DNA of 64,000 bases, from positions 50,060-114,059 of the IMG/VR virus record IMGVR_UViG_3300024259_000016; one strand, given 5' to 3'. The translations under genes and the position numbers were made by a program. Shown here in pieces: positions 63,941-64,000 of the stretch. This stretch comes from a virus. The notes below the pieces were generated by a model. It was given only the letters and a program-made list of their open reading frames with translations, was not told the DNA's origin and made no database searches. The stretch's first letter is position 1; each line of letters opens with the position of its first letter.

Positions 63941-64000
63941 CTACGGCTTGGGCGGGGGCGGAGGGGGCGGGGGAGCTGCCGCGGCGGCGCCATCCGCAGG
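63941..64000 (-). CDS. C-terminal end of a gene entering from outside the window (..PADGAAAAAPPPPPPPPKP*)
   Basis: Open frame to TAG at 63941-63943, followed by the hairpin. Confidence 0.5.
   Translation of the reverse strand, partial: PADGAAAAAPPPPPPPPKP

Larger units (their letters stand above)
1..64000. mobile_element. Segment of a tailed phage genome with contractile tail (myovirus morphotype)
   Basis: Ordered portal, protease, scaffold, capsid, neck, sheath, tube, chaperone, tape measure, baseplate and fibre genes, plus endolysin and phage-type PolA; no recognisable host housekeeping genes. Confidence 0.95.

Noticed and set aside
1-64000. Stop-codon reassignment or diversity-generating retroelement
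   Set aside because: Core genes are full length in the standard code and use all three stops; no reverse transcriptase or template/variable repeat pair noticed

Overview
This 64-kb window is a segment of a GC-rich tailed phage genome with a contractile tail (myovirus-type, Caudoviricetes). No host genes, integrase, terminase or rRNA are visible. Layout: (1) 1-3.1 kb, minus-strand hypothetical genes, partly AT-richer, with an 8-copy GTGAAC-N4-GTTCAC palindrome array at 1016-1206. (2) 3.1-4.3 kb, a non-coding strand-switch region with a G-rich tract, a 60-bp-period repeat array and a terminator (candidate origin or packaging end). (3) 4.3-13.7 kb, plus-strand small and often chimeric-looking early genes, a HAD nucleotidase, a DNA amino-methyltransferase and an amidase endolysin. 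(4) 13.9-25.2 kb, a minus-strand block diverging from the portal promoter. It holds a three-domain glycosyltransferase, a second GT-like protein, a sulfotransferase, a TylF-type O-methyltransferase and two more SAM methyltransferases, placed between candidate virion proteins and followed by lysis-type membrane genes. (5) 25.4-57.8 kb, plus-strand head, neck, sheath, tube, chaperone, tape measure, baseplate and fibre genes. (6) 57.7-64 kb, minus-strand replication genes including a divergent family-A DNA polymerase. Best candidates for undescribed biology: a phage pathway that could build a sulfated, O-methylated glycan (probably on the virion); a uracil-DNA-glycosylase domain split between a free ORF and the polymerase N-terminus with three genes in between; a GTGGCAC-box regulon with two ribbon-helix-helix candidates; and promoter-driven small or tRNA-like RNAs inside the late operon. 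All product calls come from motif recognition by eye; no database searches were run.
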